DNA of 64,000 bases, taken from IMG/VR virus record IMGVR_UViG_3300009104_001210, positions 62,001 to 126,000 of that record. One strand, 5' to 3'. The notes beneath the pieces were generated by a model, which did not search any database, was not told the DNA's origin, and saw only the letters and a program-made list of their open reading frames with translations. Shown here one piece after another: positions 46,316-55,670 of the stretch. Position 1 is the stretch's first letter, and each line of letters opens with the position of its first letter. The translations under genes were made by a program, and so were the position numbers.

Positions 46316-48307
46316 TTGGATAAGTTTTTTTTGTCTGAAAATTTTGTAAGTAAATACAAAAGAAAAAAACCACCATTCGGTTTCAACGGTTTAGGTGAAT
46401 TAGTTTATATGAGAACTTACTCTCGTATTAAAAAAAACGGTAAAAACGAGAGATGGTGGGAAACAGTTCGTAGGGTTGTAGAAGGTACTTACTCTATGCA
46501 AAAGGCATGGATAGATCAACACCAACTCGGTTGGAATGCTTGGCAGGCTCAAGCATCAGCACAAGAAATGTACGATAGAATTTTTAATATGAAATTCCTA
46601 CCACCTGGCCGAGGTCTTTGGGCTATGGGAACACCAATTACAGAAGAAAAGAATTTATATGCAGCACTAAACAATTGTGCATTCGTATCCACTTCCACAC
46701 TTAAAGAAGATTATTCAAAACCATTTTGTTTTCTAATGGATGCCTCTATGTTAGGTGTTGGTGTTGGTTTTGACACTAAAGGTGCAGGTGAAATTGTTAT
46801 TAAAGGTGTAAACCGTGATAGAAATGAAGAAATATTTATGATACCTGATACAAGAGAAGGTTGGGTAGAATCTTTAAAGTTATTATTAGAGAGTTATTTT
46901 CATGGAACAGGGCCTATTACGTTTGACTATAATCAAATTAGAGATGAAGGTGAACCAATCAAAGGTTTTGGTGGTGTCTCAAGTGGTCATGAACCATTAA
47001 AAGAAATACATGAAGATATTCAGAATGTTTTAGAAGACAATACAGGCGAACCAATTTCAGTTACAACAATAGTAGATATAATGAATTTGATTGGTAAATG
47101 TGTTGTAGCAGGTAATGTTCGTAGAACTGCTGAGATCGTTTTTGGTGATCCAAAAAACGAAGAATATTTAAATTTAAAGAACTATAAAGTGAATCCACAT
47201 AGAGAAATGTATGGGTGGACTTCTAATAATTCAGTATTTGCTGAACTTGGTATGGATTATACAGATATCTGTAAAAGAATTGTAGACAACGGTGAACCAG
47301 GACTTGCTTGGTTACAAAATATGAGACACTTTTCTCGTATGAAAAATGGTGGAGATGACAAAGACCATAGGGTAGCAGGTGGAAATCCTTGTTTAGAACA
47401 ATCATTAGAAAGTTATGAATTATGTTGTTTAGTAGAAACATTTCCAAACAATCATGAAAATTTAGAGGATTATAAGAGGACACTTAAATATGCTTATTTG
47501 TATGCCAAGACAGTAACACTTGGTAAAACTCATTGGAGTGAAACTAATCGTGTTATGTTAAGAAACAGACGTATTGGATGTTCAGTTAGTGGTGTTGCAC
47601 AATTTATTACAAATAGAGGTTTAGAAGAATTAAGAAATTGGTTGGAGAATGGTTATGATACTATTCAAGATTGGGATTGTGTGTATTCTGATTGGTTAGC
47701 AGTACCAAAGTCAATTAAAACTACTTCAGTTAAGCCAAGTGGTACAGTTTCATTGTTAGCAGGAGCGACACCAGGACTTCATTACCCTGAGAGTCGTTTT
47801 TATATTCGTAGGATAAGACTATCCAAACATTCAGAATTAGTAACACCATTAAAAAAGGCAGGATATAAAATAGAACCCGCATTTGGTTCAGAAGATTCTA
47901 CAGTTGTTGTAGAAGTGCCAGTTGATGTAGGAAAGGGTATCAGAACTGCCGCTGAATTGTCTATTTGGGAACAATTTAGTTTAGCAGCATTCATGCAACG
48001 CCATTGGGCTGACAATCAAGTAAGTTGTACCGCAACATTTGATCCAGATACAGAAGCTGAAGAACTACCATATGTGTTGAATTATTTTCAATACAGATTA
48101 AAAGGTATATCATTATTGCCACGACACGACTTAGGTGCGTATAAACAAATGCCTTATGAAGCAATAGATAAAAAAGAGTATAATAAGCAAGTAAAACAAC
48201 TTAATAAACTAACTTTCGGTGTAATCAAAAACGAAGAGGCAGAAATAGACAAATTCTGCAATAATGATGTATGTGAAATACCAGGGGAAACTTTAGAAAA
48301 AGCTTGA
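46316..48307 (+). CDS. nrdJ: Class II (adenosylcobalamin-dependent, monomeric RTPR-type) ribonucleotide reductase
   Basis: RTYSR, PPGRGLW, NNCAFVST, GGNPCLEQSL, CCLVE, TSVKPSGTVS and C-terminal CNNDVC. Confidence 0.92.
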   Translation: MDKFFLSENFVSKYKRKKPPFGFNGLGELVYMRTYSRIKKNGKNERWWETVRRVVEGTYSMQKAWIDQHQLGWNAWQAQASAQEMYDRIFNMKFLPPGRGLWAMGTPITEEKNLYAALNNCAFVSTSTLKEDYSKPFCFLMDASMLGVGVGFDTKGAGEIVIKGVNRDRNEEIFMIPDTREGWVESLKLLLESYFHGTGPITFDYNQIRDEGEPIKGFGGVSSGHEPLKEIHEDIQNVLEDNTGEPISVTTIVDIMNLIGKCVVAGNVRRTAEIVFGDPKNEEYLNLKNYKVNPHREMYGWTSNNSVFAELGMDYTDICKRIVDNGEPGLAWLQNMRHFSRMKNGGDDKDHRVAGGNPCLEQSLESYELCCLVETFPNNHENLEDYKRTLKYAYLYAKTVTLGKTHWSETNRVMLRNRRIGCSVSGVAQFITNRGLEELRNWLENGYDTIQDWDCVYSDWLAVPKSIKTTSVKPSGTVSLLAGATPGLHYPESRFYIRRIRLSKHSELVTPLKKAGYKIEPAFGSEDSTVVVEVPVDVGKGIRTAAELSIWEQFSLAAFMQRHWADNQVSCTATFDPDTEAEELPYVLNYFQYRLKGISLLPRHDLGAYKQMPYEAIDKKEYNKQVKQLNKLTFGVIKNEEAEIDKFCNNDVCEIPGETLEKA

Positions 48308-48333
48308 CAAGTACCTGGTTTTTGTCGTATATT
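48304..48333 (+). promoter_or_regulatory. Sigma70-like promoter upstream of the family B polymerase
   Basis: TTGACA (48304-48309), N18, TATATT (48328-48333). Confidence 0.7.
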
Positions 48334-48360
48334 CAGATATCAAATTGAAGAGGTATAGTC

Positions 48361-50862
48361 ATATATCAAAATATCTTTTATCAGATAAGTAAAAGTAGAA
48401 TACATATTTGGGATGATAAAAAAGGATATGCAGTTTATCCATTTAAACCATATGCTTATATAAAAGACTCAAAAGGTACGTTTACTTCTTTATATGGTGA
48501 TAAGGTAAGAAGAATTGCTAAATCACAAATAGAAGAATATGATACTTCTTTTGAATCTGATGTGTTAGCAGAAACAAGGTTTTTAGTAGATAACTATACA
48601 GATTCAGATGATGTATCAGAGGGTCATAGAGTTATGTTTTTTGATATTGAAGTAGAGGTTACAGAAGGTTTCCCTTCAGTAGAAAAAGCTGACAATGCAA
48701 TTACTTCTATTGCTTTATATGATAAATTAACTAAAGAATATCATTGTTATGTACTTGACGCTGAAAATGCAGTTAATAGTGAAAATTTTGATAATGCTAC
48801 AGTAATAAAGTTTAAAGAAGAGAGAGATTTATTAAATAAATTTTATCAAAAATATCTTGAGATATCACCAACAATTATTAGTGGTTGGAATAGTGATAGA
48901 TTTGACATTCCTTATTTATATAATCGTTCTCGGAGGTTATTAGGTGAGGATGTTGCTAAATGTTTATCACCAATAGGTATTGTAGACTATAATAAACATA
49001 GAGGTGCTTATAAAATAGCAGGTGTATCTAGCTTAGATTATCTTGAACTATATAAAAAACTTACTTTTGGTGAAAGGTCTTCATATAGATTAGATGATAT
49101 TGGAAATTATGAAGTAGGTATAAAAAAAGTTTCATATGATGGTACATTGGATGATTTATATTATAATAATAGGAATAAGTTTGTAGAGTATAATATAAAT
49201 GACGTTGTTATTCTTGAAAAACTTGATGAGAAGTTAGATTTTATTGGTATTGCTAGAGCTATTTGTCATTTGGGTCATGTTCCATATGAAGATGTATATT
49301 ATTCATCACGATTTTTAGAAGGTGCTATTCTTGTATATCTTAAAAAACTTGATATTGTTGCGCCAGATAAGAAAAAAGTAAATAAAGAATTAATGAACAA
49401 TGGTGATAAGTTTTCAGGAGCATATGTACAAGAACCAATAAAAGGTAGACATGAGTGGATTTATGATTTAGATATTACTTCAATGTATCCATCAATTATT
49501 ATGACATTGAATATTTCTCCTGAAACAAAACTTGGAAGGTTAACAGGTTGGAATTCAGAAGAATTTGTTAAAGGAGTAGATAAAACATATACTATAGAAG
49601 ATGATTCAGGAAAAGAAAGTGCTAAACTAACTACAGCAGAGTTTAAGAACTTTTTAAAAAATAATAATGTATCTGTATCTACTAATGGTGTGTTATATAC
49701 ACAAGATAAAAGAGGGTTAATTCCAACTTTGTTGGAAAAATGGTTTGATGATAGAGTAGAATTTAGAAAATTAGCAAAGAAGTTCGCTGAAGAGGGTGAT
49801 AAAGAGAAATATGCATACTTTGATAGACGACAGTATATTCAAAAGGTTGTTCTAAATTCATTGTATGGTGTGTTGGGTTTACCTGTGTTTCGTTTTTATG
49901 ACTTAGATAATGCAGAAGCAACAACGACAACGGGTGTTGAGTTAATTAAATATACTAAGAAGATAGCTAATTATTATTATAATTCTGTTTTGGAAGATTC
50001 GGAAGATCATTGTATATACATTGATACAGATTCAGTTTTTTATTCTGCTGTTTCTATGATTCAAAAGAAATATCCACACATTAATATTAAAGATGAAAAT
50101 CTAATGATGGATAAGATTTTAGATATTGCCTCAGAGGTTCAAGAATATTTAAATAGTTCATATGATTTATTTGCTAAAAAGTTTCTTAATGTAGATAAAC
50201 ATAGATTTGAGATTAAGCAGGAATTGATTGCTAGAAGTGGGTTATTTGTTACAAAGAAAAGATATGGATTGAAAGTTGTTAATGATAATGGTGTTAAGAT
50301 AAATAAACTTCATGTAAAAGGTTTAGATATTGTTCGTTCAAGTTTTCCAATAGCTATGAAAGAATGTTTAACAAAAGTATTAGAAGATATATTAGCAAAT
50401 GTACCTCAGAATAAGATTAATGAGTTTATTCTTAATTTTAAGAAATCTATGAAGTTGAAAAACTATGATACTATTGCAATGCCAACTTCAGTTAAAAATG
50501 TTAAAAAATATGTTCAGAGGGGTGATGGTAGATTGTTAGCTAAAAAGGGTGCACCTGTTCATGTTAAATCAGCAATAAATTATAATAACTTTTTATTGTC
50601 AAGTAAACTTGAAGCAAAGTATCCTTTAATTGGAAACGGTGAAAAGATTAAGTGGACTTATCTAAAAGACAATCCATTTAAATTTGAGACTTTATGTTAT
50701 AAAGGACATGAGGATCCTCAACAAGTGTTAGATTATATAAAAGAGTATATTGATACCGATAAGATATATAAGCAAGCACTTAGTAAAAAAATAGTAATGT
50801 TATATGATGCATTAAAATGGGAAGAACCAAATGATGATTTTGGTTTTAATAAATTCTTTTAA
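48361..50862 (+). CDS. Family B DNA polymerase (gp43-like); probable ATA start
   Basis: FFDIEVE exonuclease motif, DITSMYPS, KVVLNSLYG, YIDTDS, KKRY; frame extends 67 codons upstream of ORF-track start 48562 to ATA TAT CAA AAT preceded by SD GAGGT. Confidence 0.93.
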   Translation: MYQNIFYQISKSRIHIWDDKKGYAVYPFKPYAYIKDSKGTFTSLYGDKVRRIAKSQIEEYDTSFESDVLAETRFLVDNYTDSDDVSEGHRVMFFDIEVEVTEGFPSVEKADNAITSIALYDKLTKEYHCYVLDAENAVNSENFDNATVIKFKEERDLLNKFYQKYLEISPTIISGWNSDRFDIPYLYNRSRRLLGEDVAKCLSPIGIVDYNKHRGAYKIAGVSSLDYLELYKKLTFGERSSYRLDDIGNYEVGIKKVSYDGTLDDLYYNNRNKFVEYNINDVVILEKLDEKLDFIGIARAICHLGHVPYEDVYYSSRFLEGAILVYLKKLDIVAPDKKKVNKELMNNGDKFSGAYVQEPIKGRHEWIYDLDITSMYPSIIMTLNISPETKLGRLTGWNSEEFVKGVDKTYTIEDDSGKESAKLTTAEFKNFLKNNNVSVSTNGVLYTQDKRGLIPTLLEKWFDDRVEFRKLAKKFAEEGDKEKYAYFDRRQYIQKVVLNSLYGVLGLPVFRFYDLDNAEATTTTGVELIKYTKKIANYYYNSVLEDSEDHCIYIDTDSVFYSAVSMIQKKYPHINIKDENLMMDKILDIASEVQEYLNSSYDLFAKKFLNVDKHRFEIKQELIARSGLFVTKKRYGLKVVNDNGVKINKLHVKGLDIVRSSFPIAMKECLTKVLEDILANVPQNKINEFILNFKKSMKLKNYDTIAMPTSVKNVKKYVQRGDGRLLAKKGAPVHVKSAINYNNFLLSSKLEAKYPLIGNGEKIKWTYLKDNPFKFETLCYKGHEDPQQVLDYIKEYIDTDKIYKQALSKKIVMLYDALKWEEPNDDFGFNKFF

Positions 50863-50913
50863 TTTGGAGAAATAATATGATACTTATATATATGTATATA
50901 AAGGAGTTACAAA

Positions 50914-51645
50914 ATGGATAAACAAACGTTGATGGGATTCATCAATAGGTTTTATTTAGGTGGGCAAACTCAATCAGCACCTGTAAAATCAACAAAAGAC
51001 ACACTTAGTTGTGCATTTATCAACTCAGCAAAAAGTTGTGTTGGTGATATTGTTTTAGCTAAGAATGGAATTGGTGATTATGAAATGGGGCTGTATGAGA
51101 TTCAAGACTTAATTAAACTAATTAGTGTATTGGATGGTGATATGGATGTTGATGTTAAAACTGTAGGTGAAGTAGCATCACAGTTAGTCCTTTCACAAAA
51201 AAATACTAAAGCAAGAATAAATTATGGTCTTGCTAGATTGGATGTAGTTCAGAAGAAACCAGATTTATCAAATGTTCCTGAGTTCACATTAGAACTTAAA
51301 CTTGATAAGAAGTTCATTAGCACATTTATTTCAGGTAAAAGTGCGTTAAGTGAAGTTGCAACATTTGCTGTATTAGCAGATGGTAAAGAAGCAAAGGTTG
51401 TAATAGGTTATAGTTCTACAACACAATCTAATAAAGTTACAATCCCTGTAGAATGTAGTAAAGTAGATAGTTTTGAAGAGGCTGTATTATTTGATGCAGA
51501 TACTTTCAAAGAGATATTACTTGCTAACAGAGATTGTGAATCTTCAACTCTTTACATTTCAGATAAAGGGTTAGCTAAAGTTAATTTCAAGGTAGATAAT
51601 TTCGATTCTACATACGTACTAGTTGCAAAAACAACAGTAGACTAA
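50914..51645 (+). CDS. Sliding clamp (gp45-like)
   Basis: 243 aa, beta-rich; directly after the polymerase, with the clamp loader nearby; SD AAGGAG. Confidence 0.7.
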   Translation: MDKQTLMGFINRFYLGGQTQSAPVKSTKDTLSCAFINSAKSCVGDIVLAKNGIGDYEMGLYEIQDLIKLISVLDGDMDVDVKTVGEVASQLVLSQKNTKARINYGLARLDVVQKKPDLSNVPEFTLELKLDKKFISTFISGKSALSEVATFAVLADGKEAKVVIGYSSTTQSNKVTIPVECSKVDSFEEAVLFDADTFKEILLANRDCESSTLYISDKGLAKVNFKVDNFDSTYVLVAKTTVD

Positions 51646-52397
51646 TGGAAAATACTGTAGATAAATCAAAAGTTTATCTACAAGAGATAGACAAAAAGAC
51701 TGCGAAGGAAATGATTGTAAAACATCATTATTCGCATAGAGGTTCTTCTTGTAGATACGCTATAGGAATATATTATAAGTCAGATAATCCTCATCCTTTT
51801 TTTAAGGATACGAGTGAGGAAAAACTCATTGGGTGTATGACTTATGGTTATCCTGTAGGAAGAACTGTATTGGGATCTATGTTTAATGAAAACGTTAAAT
51901 TAGAAACTAATAATATTTTGGAATTGACAAGATTATTTATACATGATGGTTATGGTAAAAATATTGAATCATATTGTATTTCTCAATCATTTAAATGGTT
52001 GAAAAAACATGATGAAAATGTTAAAACATTAATAAGTTATGCAGATCCTGATGTATTACATTTAGGTGGTATTTATAAAGCTACTAATTGGTTGTATCAG
52101 GGTGCAGGATTAAATTTAATGCCAAATTATTCAATATCTTTAACAAAGGATCCATATGAATGGATACATAGTAGAACTGTTTCATCAAGATTTGGTAGTC
52201 ATAATATAATAAAGTTAAAAGAAGCAATTGGACATACGTTTTGGAGAAGAAGAGAACCTGAAAAACATAGGTACATTTACTTTTTGGGTAGTAAAAAAGA
52301 GAATAAAAAGTTTATGAAGAATTTGAAGTATGAAACTAAACCGTATCCTACAAATGCAGAAGAGTATTTACCGCCAATAGAAGAACATAAAGTATGA
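51645..52397 (+). CDS. Mom-like (GNAT-fold) DNA adenine modification protein, copy 1
   Basis: IVKHHYSHR, LIGCMTYG, LELTRLF, ESYCISQSFKWL, LISYADP..HLGGIYKATNWLYQG. Confidence 0.78.
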   Translation: MENTVDKSKVYLQEIDKKTAKEMIVKHHYSHRGSSCRYAIGIYYKSDNPHPFFKDTSEEKLIGCMTYGYPVGRTVLGSMFNENVKLETNNILELTRLFIHDGYGKNIESYCISQSFKWLKKHDENVKTLISYADPDVLHLGGIYKATNWLYQGAGLNLMPNYSISLTKDPYEWIHSRTVSSRFGSHNIIKLKEAIGHTFWRRREPEKHRYIYFLGSKKENKKFMKNLKYETKPYPTNAEEYLPPIEEHKV

Positions 52398-53119
52398 ACT
52401 TAGATAAAAAACAATTATCTGACAATGGTTATCTATTTTTTGAATTAGATGATAATGATAAAGAGATATTAAAATCTTTGAGAGACGAATATTTAAATTA
52501 TGGTAATATAATATGTGCGACTTTTAAATATCTTCATAATGATTTAAATTTTAGTTTAAATATAACACCTGGAGTAACTAGCTATGCTAATTTTTCTTCA
52601 CTATTTGATGATATAGTAGAATGGCGTAGAGTTCAAGATGAAATTGATTCTATTACAAATATGAATTCATATTTATACGATGCGAGATGTGAAGTTGGTG
52701 GAGATTTTACAAGTTTACACTCACTATTAGAAAATATTTATAACACAAGTTATTCTACTGAAGAAAAAATAATAACAACAGCAGATGGATCTTGTAGTCA
52801 AAATTTAAAATTTGATATTAATGGTAGAATAATGATTGCTAAAATGTTATTATCTACCCATCGTGATGGATCATATGTTGAGGAAAATATAGCTTCTTAT
52901 AAAAGACCATGTACTATGTTGATTTATACAAATGAAGATTGGAAACCTGGTGATGGTGGTGAATTAGTAGTAGAAGGTGAAGTTTTAGAACCAACTTTAG
53001 GTAATGCAGCTATATTAGATTTTACACAAGGTAATGATGTTGAACATGGTGTTAATCCAGTTTTAACAGATTTTGTAAGAAAAAGTTTTACAATATTTGT
53101 TGATAAGAAAGAGTTTTAA
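52394..53119 (+). CDS. 2OG-Fe(II) oxygenase (prolyl-hydroxylase-like)
   Basis: HxD (THRD), LIYTNEDWKPGDGGEL, distal H (EHGVNPV) and RKS. Confidence 0.78.
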   Translation: MNLDKKQLSDNGYLFFELDDNDKEILKSLRDEYLNYGNIICATFKYLHNDLNFSLNITPGVTSYANFSSLFDDIVEWRRVQDEIDSITNMNSYLYDARCEVGGDFTSLHSLLENIYNTSYSTEEKIITTADGSCSQNLKFDINGRIMIAKMLLSTHRDGSYVEENIASYKRPCTMLIYTNEDWKPGDGGELVVEGEVLEPTLGNAAILDFTQGNDVEHGVNPVLTDFVRKSFTIFVDKKEF

Positions 53120-53122
53120 AAT

Positions 53123-53464
53123 ATGAATAAATTATTAGCAGCTATGATATTGTCTGTATTGGGGCATATAATAGCATTTTTTCACATGAATGCACAGTTT
53201 AAATGGGAATGGGCTAAATCTCAATGGTGGGTAATATTAGTAGGGCTTCCAATAAGTTATCTATTTTATTATTCAACAAGATATTCATTTGAATATTTTG
53301 GATATTATTGGAACATAAGATTGATTGGTTTTGGTATGGGAACATTTATATTTGGTTTAATGACGTGGGGAATATTAGGAGAAGCACCAAATGCGAAAGT
53401 TATGGTAAGTTTAGCTTTAGCATTAATAATAATTTTAATACAAATGACTAATGTGGTGAAATGA
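53123..53464 (+). CDS. Small 4-TM membrane protein (DMT/SMR-like)
   Basis: Four hydrophobic segments in 113 aa; GEAP loop before the last helix. Confidence 0.6.
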   Translation: MNKLLAAMILSVLGHIIAFFHMNAQFKWEWAKSQWWVILVGLPISYLFYYSTRYSFEYFGYYWNIRLIGFGMGTFIFGLMTWGILGEAPNAKVMVSLALALIIILIQMTNVVK

Positions 53465-54033
53465 AAGTTAAAACAAGAATAGGTATAGATATAGATGGAG
53501 TGCTTAGAGATTTTTCTTGGCAATTACATAACTATATGTCCGTTAATTACCCCGAATCAATTATAAAAGATGCTATAGATGATTGGGATTATCAGAATTG
53601 TTTTAAAGGTTGGGATAAAAAATCTTTACAAGAATTATATTGGGATAAGTATCCAGAATTGTTTTTTAGAGATTCACCACCTATATATGGTGCTATAGAA
53701 CAAATGCATGCTTTATTTGAGTGGGGTAGTGGAAAAGGTTATAAATTTGTTTGTATATCTTCTCAGAGAACACCAGGAACTTATGCTTCTTTAGAGTGGT
53801 TGGGAAAACACGCATTAAGTTTTAGAGAAGTATATTTTGTTAGTGGTAGTGATAAGTGGAAAATAGATGTTGATTGGTTAGTAGATGATTCACCATCCAA
53901 TTATCAGGCTTGGTTAAAGGGTAGAGGTGATGATTACGGATATATTTTAATGGATGCACTATATAATCAACACATTAAACCTACTAATAGGGTAAAAGAA
54001 TTAAAAGAGATAAAGGAAATAATAGAATGGTAA
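53461..54033 (+). CDS. HAD-family 5'(3')-deoxyribonucleotidase
   Basis: GIDIDGVLRDF motif I; WLVDDSPSN motif IV; YNQH. Confidence 0.82.
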   Translation: MKVKTRIGIDIDGVLRDFSWQLHNYMSVNYPESIIKDAIDDWDYQNCFKGWDKKSLQELYWDKYPELFFRDSPPIYGAIEQMHALFEWGSGKGYKFVCISSQRTPGTYASLEWLGKHALSFREVYFVSGSDKWKIDVDWLVDDSPSNYQAWLKGRGDDYGYILMDALYNQHIKPTNRVKELKEIKEIIEW

Positions 54034-54944
54034 ATCATAGTTTATGGGTAGAACAGTATAGACCAACTGAATTAGAAAACTATGTTGGTAATACACATTT
54101 AAAATCTAAGGTAGAAGCTTATCTTACAAATAGTGATATTCCTCATTTATTATTATATGGAAGAGCAGGTACAGGTAAAACAACACTTGCTAAACTGATT
54201 GTTAAGAATATTAAATGTGATTATCTATACATTAATGCTAGTGATGAGAATAATGTAGAAACTGTAAGAACAAAAGTAAAACAGTTCGCATCTACGATTG
54301 GTTTTACAGATATGAAGGTAATTATCTTAGATGAATGTGATTACATTACACCTAACGCACAAGCCGCTTTGCGTAACCTTATGGAGACTTTTAGTAAGTA
54401 CTGTAGGTTTATTCTAACCTGTAACTATGCAGAGAGAATCATTAATCCGATACAAAGTCGTTGTCAAATTTTTGAAATTATACCACCATCTAAGACAGAA
54501 GTAGCTCAAAGATTGAATCAGATTTTAAAAGAGGAAGGTGTTAAACACGAGTTAGAAGATTTAAAAATATTGATTGATTCTAATTATCCTGATATTCGTA
54601 GAACAATTAACGCAGCTCAAAGAAATGTGGTTGATTTACAATTAAAATTAGATGTAGAGAGTATTACTCAAAATGATTATAAGTTAAAAGTGTTAGATAT
54701 TTTAGAGAATCAAGATAAGAAAAACGCATTTAAAAATATAAGACAGTTATTAGCAGATAATGCTATTAGAGACTTTTCAGATTGTTTTCGTTTGTTATAT
54801 GATAATGTAGATTCTTATGGTAAAGGTCATATAGCAGAAATAATATTAATATTAGCGAGATATGAACTATCAGATAGCCAGGTAGTTGATAAAGAAATAA
54901 ACTTTATGGCTATGTTAATTGAAGTATTGGGAGTTATAAAATGA
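54027..54944 (+). CDS. Clamp loader AAA+ subunit (gp44/RFC-like)
   Basis: LWVEQYRP, GRAGTGKTT, INASDE, ILDECD, FILTCNY, IQSRC. Confidence 0.93.
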   Translation: MVNHSLWVEQYRPTELENYVGNTHLKSKVEAYLTNSDIPHLLLYGRAGTGKTTLAKLIVKNIKCDYLYINASDENNVETVRTKVKQFASTIGFTDMKVIILDECDYITPNAQAALRNLMETFSKYCRFILTCNYAERIINPIQSRCQIFEIIPPSKTEVAQRLNQILKEEGVKHELEDLKILIDSNYPDIRRTINAAQRNVVDLQLKLDVESITQNDYKLKVLDILENQDKKNAFKNIRQLLADNAIRDFSDCFRLLYDNVDSYGKGHIAEIILILARYELSDSQVVDKEINFMAMLIEVLGVIK

Positions 54945-55195
54945 GTACAAAACCAATGAAACCACTAAAGAAACCAGCACAAAAGGTTGATTTATCACAA
55001 GCAGATACTATGAAATGTGAGAAATGTTCTAATTATCTTTTTATCACATCATATGTATTAAAAAGAATATCTGCTTTAATATCACCCACAGGGCAAGAAG
55101 GTATAGTTCCAATTCAAGTTTATAGTTGTGGTAATTGTGGCCATGTACCTGCTAAGTTAATGGAAGGTAGTGGAGTTGAAGAAGAACTTAGTTAA
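54941..55195 (+). CDS. Small zinc-ribbon protein
   Basis: CEKC...CGNC. Confidence 0.7.
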   Translation: MSTKPMKPLKKPAQKVDLSQADTMKCEKCSNYLFITSYVLKRISALISPTGQEGIVPIQVYSCGNCGHVPAKLMEGSGVEEELS

Positions 55196-55670
55196 GAGAA
55201 AAGGATTATTCGATCATATTAAGCACATAACATCTGTACAAAGTTCCAATTATTGGGATACTATTACAGATGAAGATAAGAAAACGTGGTCGAATTATAT
55301 GGTTCATAGATTTTTATCTATGAGAACAGATTTTTTAGATGTGGTGAACGAGATACAGATGTATAATTTATCACCAGAAATAATATATAAATTTTATTCT
55401 GATATTATTCCAAAGGGAAAATATTGGTTAAAATATATTAAAGGGAGAAAACAAATGGATTATCCAAGATGGTTGTTAGATGTTGTGGCAAAAGAGTTAG
55501 AGGTAAGTTTAAGAGAAGCTGTAGATGCAGTTGATATGTATATGTTAACTGAAGGTGGTCAAGTAGAACTTACTGAGTTGTTACAATCATATGGTGTAGA
55601 TCGCAAGAAGTTAAAAGAAGTGGGCTTGCAATCTGATACTTGGTTAAGTGAAATCAAAGAAGACGAATGA
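55170..55670 (+). CDS. Clamp loader small subunit-like protein (gp62-like)
   Basis: LFDHIKHIT...WSNYMVHRFLSM...WLKYIKG; adjacent to the gp44-like gene; exact start uncertain. Confidence 0.55.
   Translation: MELKKNLVKRKGLFDHIKHITSVQSSNYWDTITDEDKKTWSNYMVHRFLSMRTDFLDVVNEIQMYNLSPEIIYKFYSDIIPKGKYWLKYIKGRKQMDYPRWLLDVVAKELEVSLREAVDAVDMYMLTEGGQVELTELLQSYGVDRKKLKEVGLQSDTWLSEIKEDE

Noticed and set aside
42530-50862. Inteins or introns in RecA, DnaB, RNR or PolB
   Set aside because: Protein lengths are ordinary, motifs are contiguous, and no intein splice motifs or ORF interruptions were seen.
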